Shown here: positions 62,691-64,000 of the stretch, piece by piece
How positions within the stretch are numbered: position 1 is the stretch's first letter
Layout of the letters: each line of letters begins with the position of its first letter
Program-made: the position numbers and the translations under genes
Source: an uncultured Acidobacteriota bacterium
GTDB lineage: Bacteria; Acidobacteriota; JAQAZP01
Length of the DNA stretch: 64,000 bases
Direction of reading: 5' to 3'
Assembly (NCBI GenBank): GCA_963836075.1
Contig: CAWIIB010000009.1
Span: forward strand, 768,001-832,000
The notes under the pieces: model-generated
Databases searched by the model: none
Seen by the model: only the letters and a program-made list of their open reading frames with translations
Told to the model about the DNA's origin: nothing

Positions 62691-64000
62691 TTGACTGGCT
62701 CATGTCTTTTCAGATCTGTTTTTTACATTGTGCTGGTCATTGCCTCACCCGTTTCCTGCTCGACCTTCGCCCAATCCGCCACTCCATTTACCGCCAACAC
62801 ACACGATCTCTCTCAGGAATTTTCCAGCAGCATCCAGCACTGGTATTACGAAACCGGGGATGGCGCAACCCTGTCCATCGGCGATCTGGATCTGGCCCGG
62901 TGGAAACACCTCGCCGATCAGCCCGATGGCGAACATCGGCCCGGGATTCAATGGTATCGCGCGGATATTCAATTAGAGGGCACCCAAAATGAATTCGATA
63001 TCCTTGCCCTATCCGTACGGGGACTGGTATCGGCCTTTGAATTGTATTGGGATGGTGATCTGGTTGGTGCAGGCGGCGAGGTTGCCGACGCTCTGGAAGA
63101 TGAAGTTCCAGGCCCGATGAAAAAGATCGTCAGGCTGAGAAGAGATCAGACTGATCCCGGACATCACACGATTGCCATCCGGCTCTCCAATTTTCACACG
63201 GAGCGCAAAGATCCTTTGGGAAGAATCGAGATCGGGTATCACCACAACTTTCTCAATGATTCTTCCTATAAAAGCGTATCCCGTGTATTTGTCGGGGGCG
63301 CATCTCTCATAACCGGCCTCTTTTGTCTCGCCATGTTTTTTGCCGGCAGCCGCCACCGTTCGTATCTGCTCTTTGCCCTGTACTGCTTCATCACTCTGCT
63401 CTTTGATCTTATTACGATCTTCAATTTATACAATGACATCAACGTTGAATACATCCACTTGATAATCTGGCTGGTTCAATACGGCATGATCGTGTCCATG
63501 TTCTTTTTCGTCACCTTTGTCATATATACATACGAGATCCCGAAAACAGTCTTTGTCGTTCTCTTCACAACCCTGGTGTTCATGCTTGTACTCGGGCTGC
63601 AGTCAAGCGATCCGAATCGTCTTCTCTCTTATACCGAGGTATTGCCGGTCCTGGCCGGAGTGCTTCTTCTGTACAGCATATACAGGAAAACCACTGGTAG
63701 TGTTGCGGCCTTCATCGGTCTGATCATCTGGCGGGTCTGCAAGTATCCACATCTCTTTACCCAGTCGATAGAAGGCCACGTGCTCCTCTATATCGCCAGC
63801 GATATTGTCTTTCTGTTTTGCATCATCCTATCCATCAGCCGAATAATTCATGCACAAGACAGGCAGTTGCAGGAAATCAAGCTGCACTCATCCCGCCTGG
63901 AAGTTGACCTGCTGAAGAAAAATATTCAGCCCCATTTTATTCTGAATACCCTGCAGTCGATCATGAGCTGGATCAAGAAGAAGCCGGAAAATGCCTATCA
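62691..64000 (+). CDS. Membrane sensor histidine kinase, LytS/YehU type (3' partial)
   Basis: Frame read at both ends appears open to the window end (hence absent from the ORF track): extracellular domain, multiple TM segments, LLKKNIQPHFILNTLQSI H-box. Confidence 0.8.
   Translation, partial: MTGSCLFRSVFYIVLVIASPVSCSTFAQSATPFTANTHDLSQEFSSSIQHWYYETGDGATLSIGDLDLARWKHLADQPDGEHRPGIQWYRADIQLEGTQNEFDILALSVRGLVSAFELYWDGDLVGAGGEVADALEDEVPGPMKKIVRLRRDQTDPGHHTIAIRLSNFHTERKDPLGRIEIGYHHNFLNDSSYKSVSRVFVGGASLITGLFCLAMFFAGSRHRSYLLFALYCFITLLFDLITIFNLYNDINVEYIHLIIWLVQYGMIVSMFFFVTFVIYTYEIPKTVFVVLFTTLVFMLVLGLQSSDPNRLLSYTEVLPVLAGVLLLYSIYRKTTGSVAAFIGLIIWRVCKYPHLFTQSIEGHVLLYIASDIVFLFCIILSISRIIHAQDRQLQEIKLHSSRLEVDLLKKNIQPHFILNTLQSIMSWIKKKPENAY

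Noticed and set aside
62728-63723. Short ORFs listed near the window end
   Set aside because: They overlap the long histidine-kinase frame starting at about 62691, which runs off the window.

Overview
A GC-rich chromosomal window from a probably anaerobic or facultative bacterium; the taxon cannot be fixed from the sequence alone. From left to right it holds a partial Fic gene, a BI-1/YccA gene, a GNAT-deacetylase fusion, a secreted arylsulfotransferase-like protein, a PLP aminotransferase and a large basic orphan protein. Next come a sigma54-preceded oxidative-stress cluster (ahpC, dfx, ferritin, fprA, rubredoxin, rubrerythrin), a hydroxyproline dehydratase, a C69 peptidase, a 10-heme Otr-like cytochrome and AAA/DUF4143 genes. 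An ECF/anti-sigma locus carries two catalytically degenerate M1 peptidase paralogs. A long minus-strand cluster contains glutamate dehydrogenase, two PPDK-N signalling-like proteins, a REC-AsnC regulator, an StnABC-like NuoE/NuoF/GltD-NuoG complex, a histidine kinase and a degenerate NtrC. The right end has thioredoxin-like genes, an ArsR-MacAB-type exporter, an M29-like peptidase, a PAS sigma54 activator and a partial LytS-type kinase. The most notable signals are three. (1) A 121-aa C-terminal domain is shared ungapped by two unrelated secreted proteins, with an orphan third fragment, suggesting a lineage-specific sorting or surface-display domain. (2) Two integrase-less mini cassette arrays each begin with a similar 33-bp attI-like site. 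(3) The GDH/PPDK-N/nucleotidyltransferase/Stn cluster is a candidate uncharacterised carbon-nitrogen signalling system. Several single-base frameshifts look like sequencing errors. All family calls come from motif recognition by eye; no database search was run.
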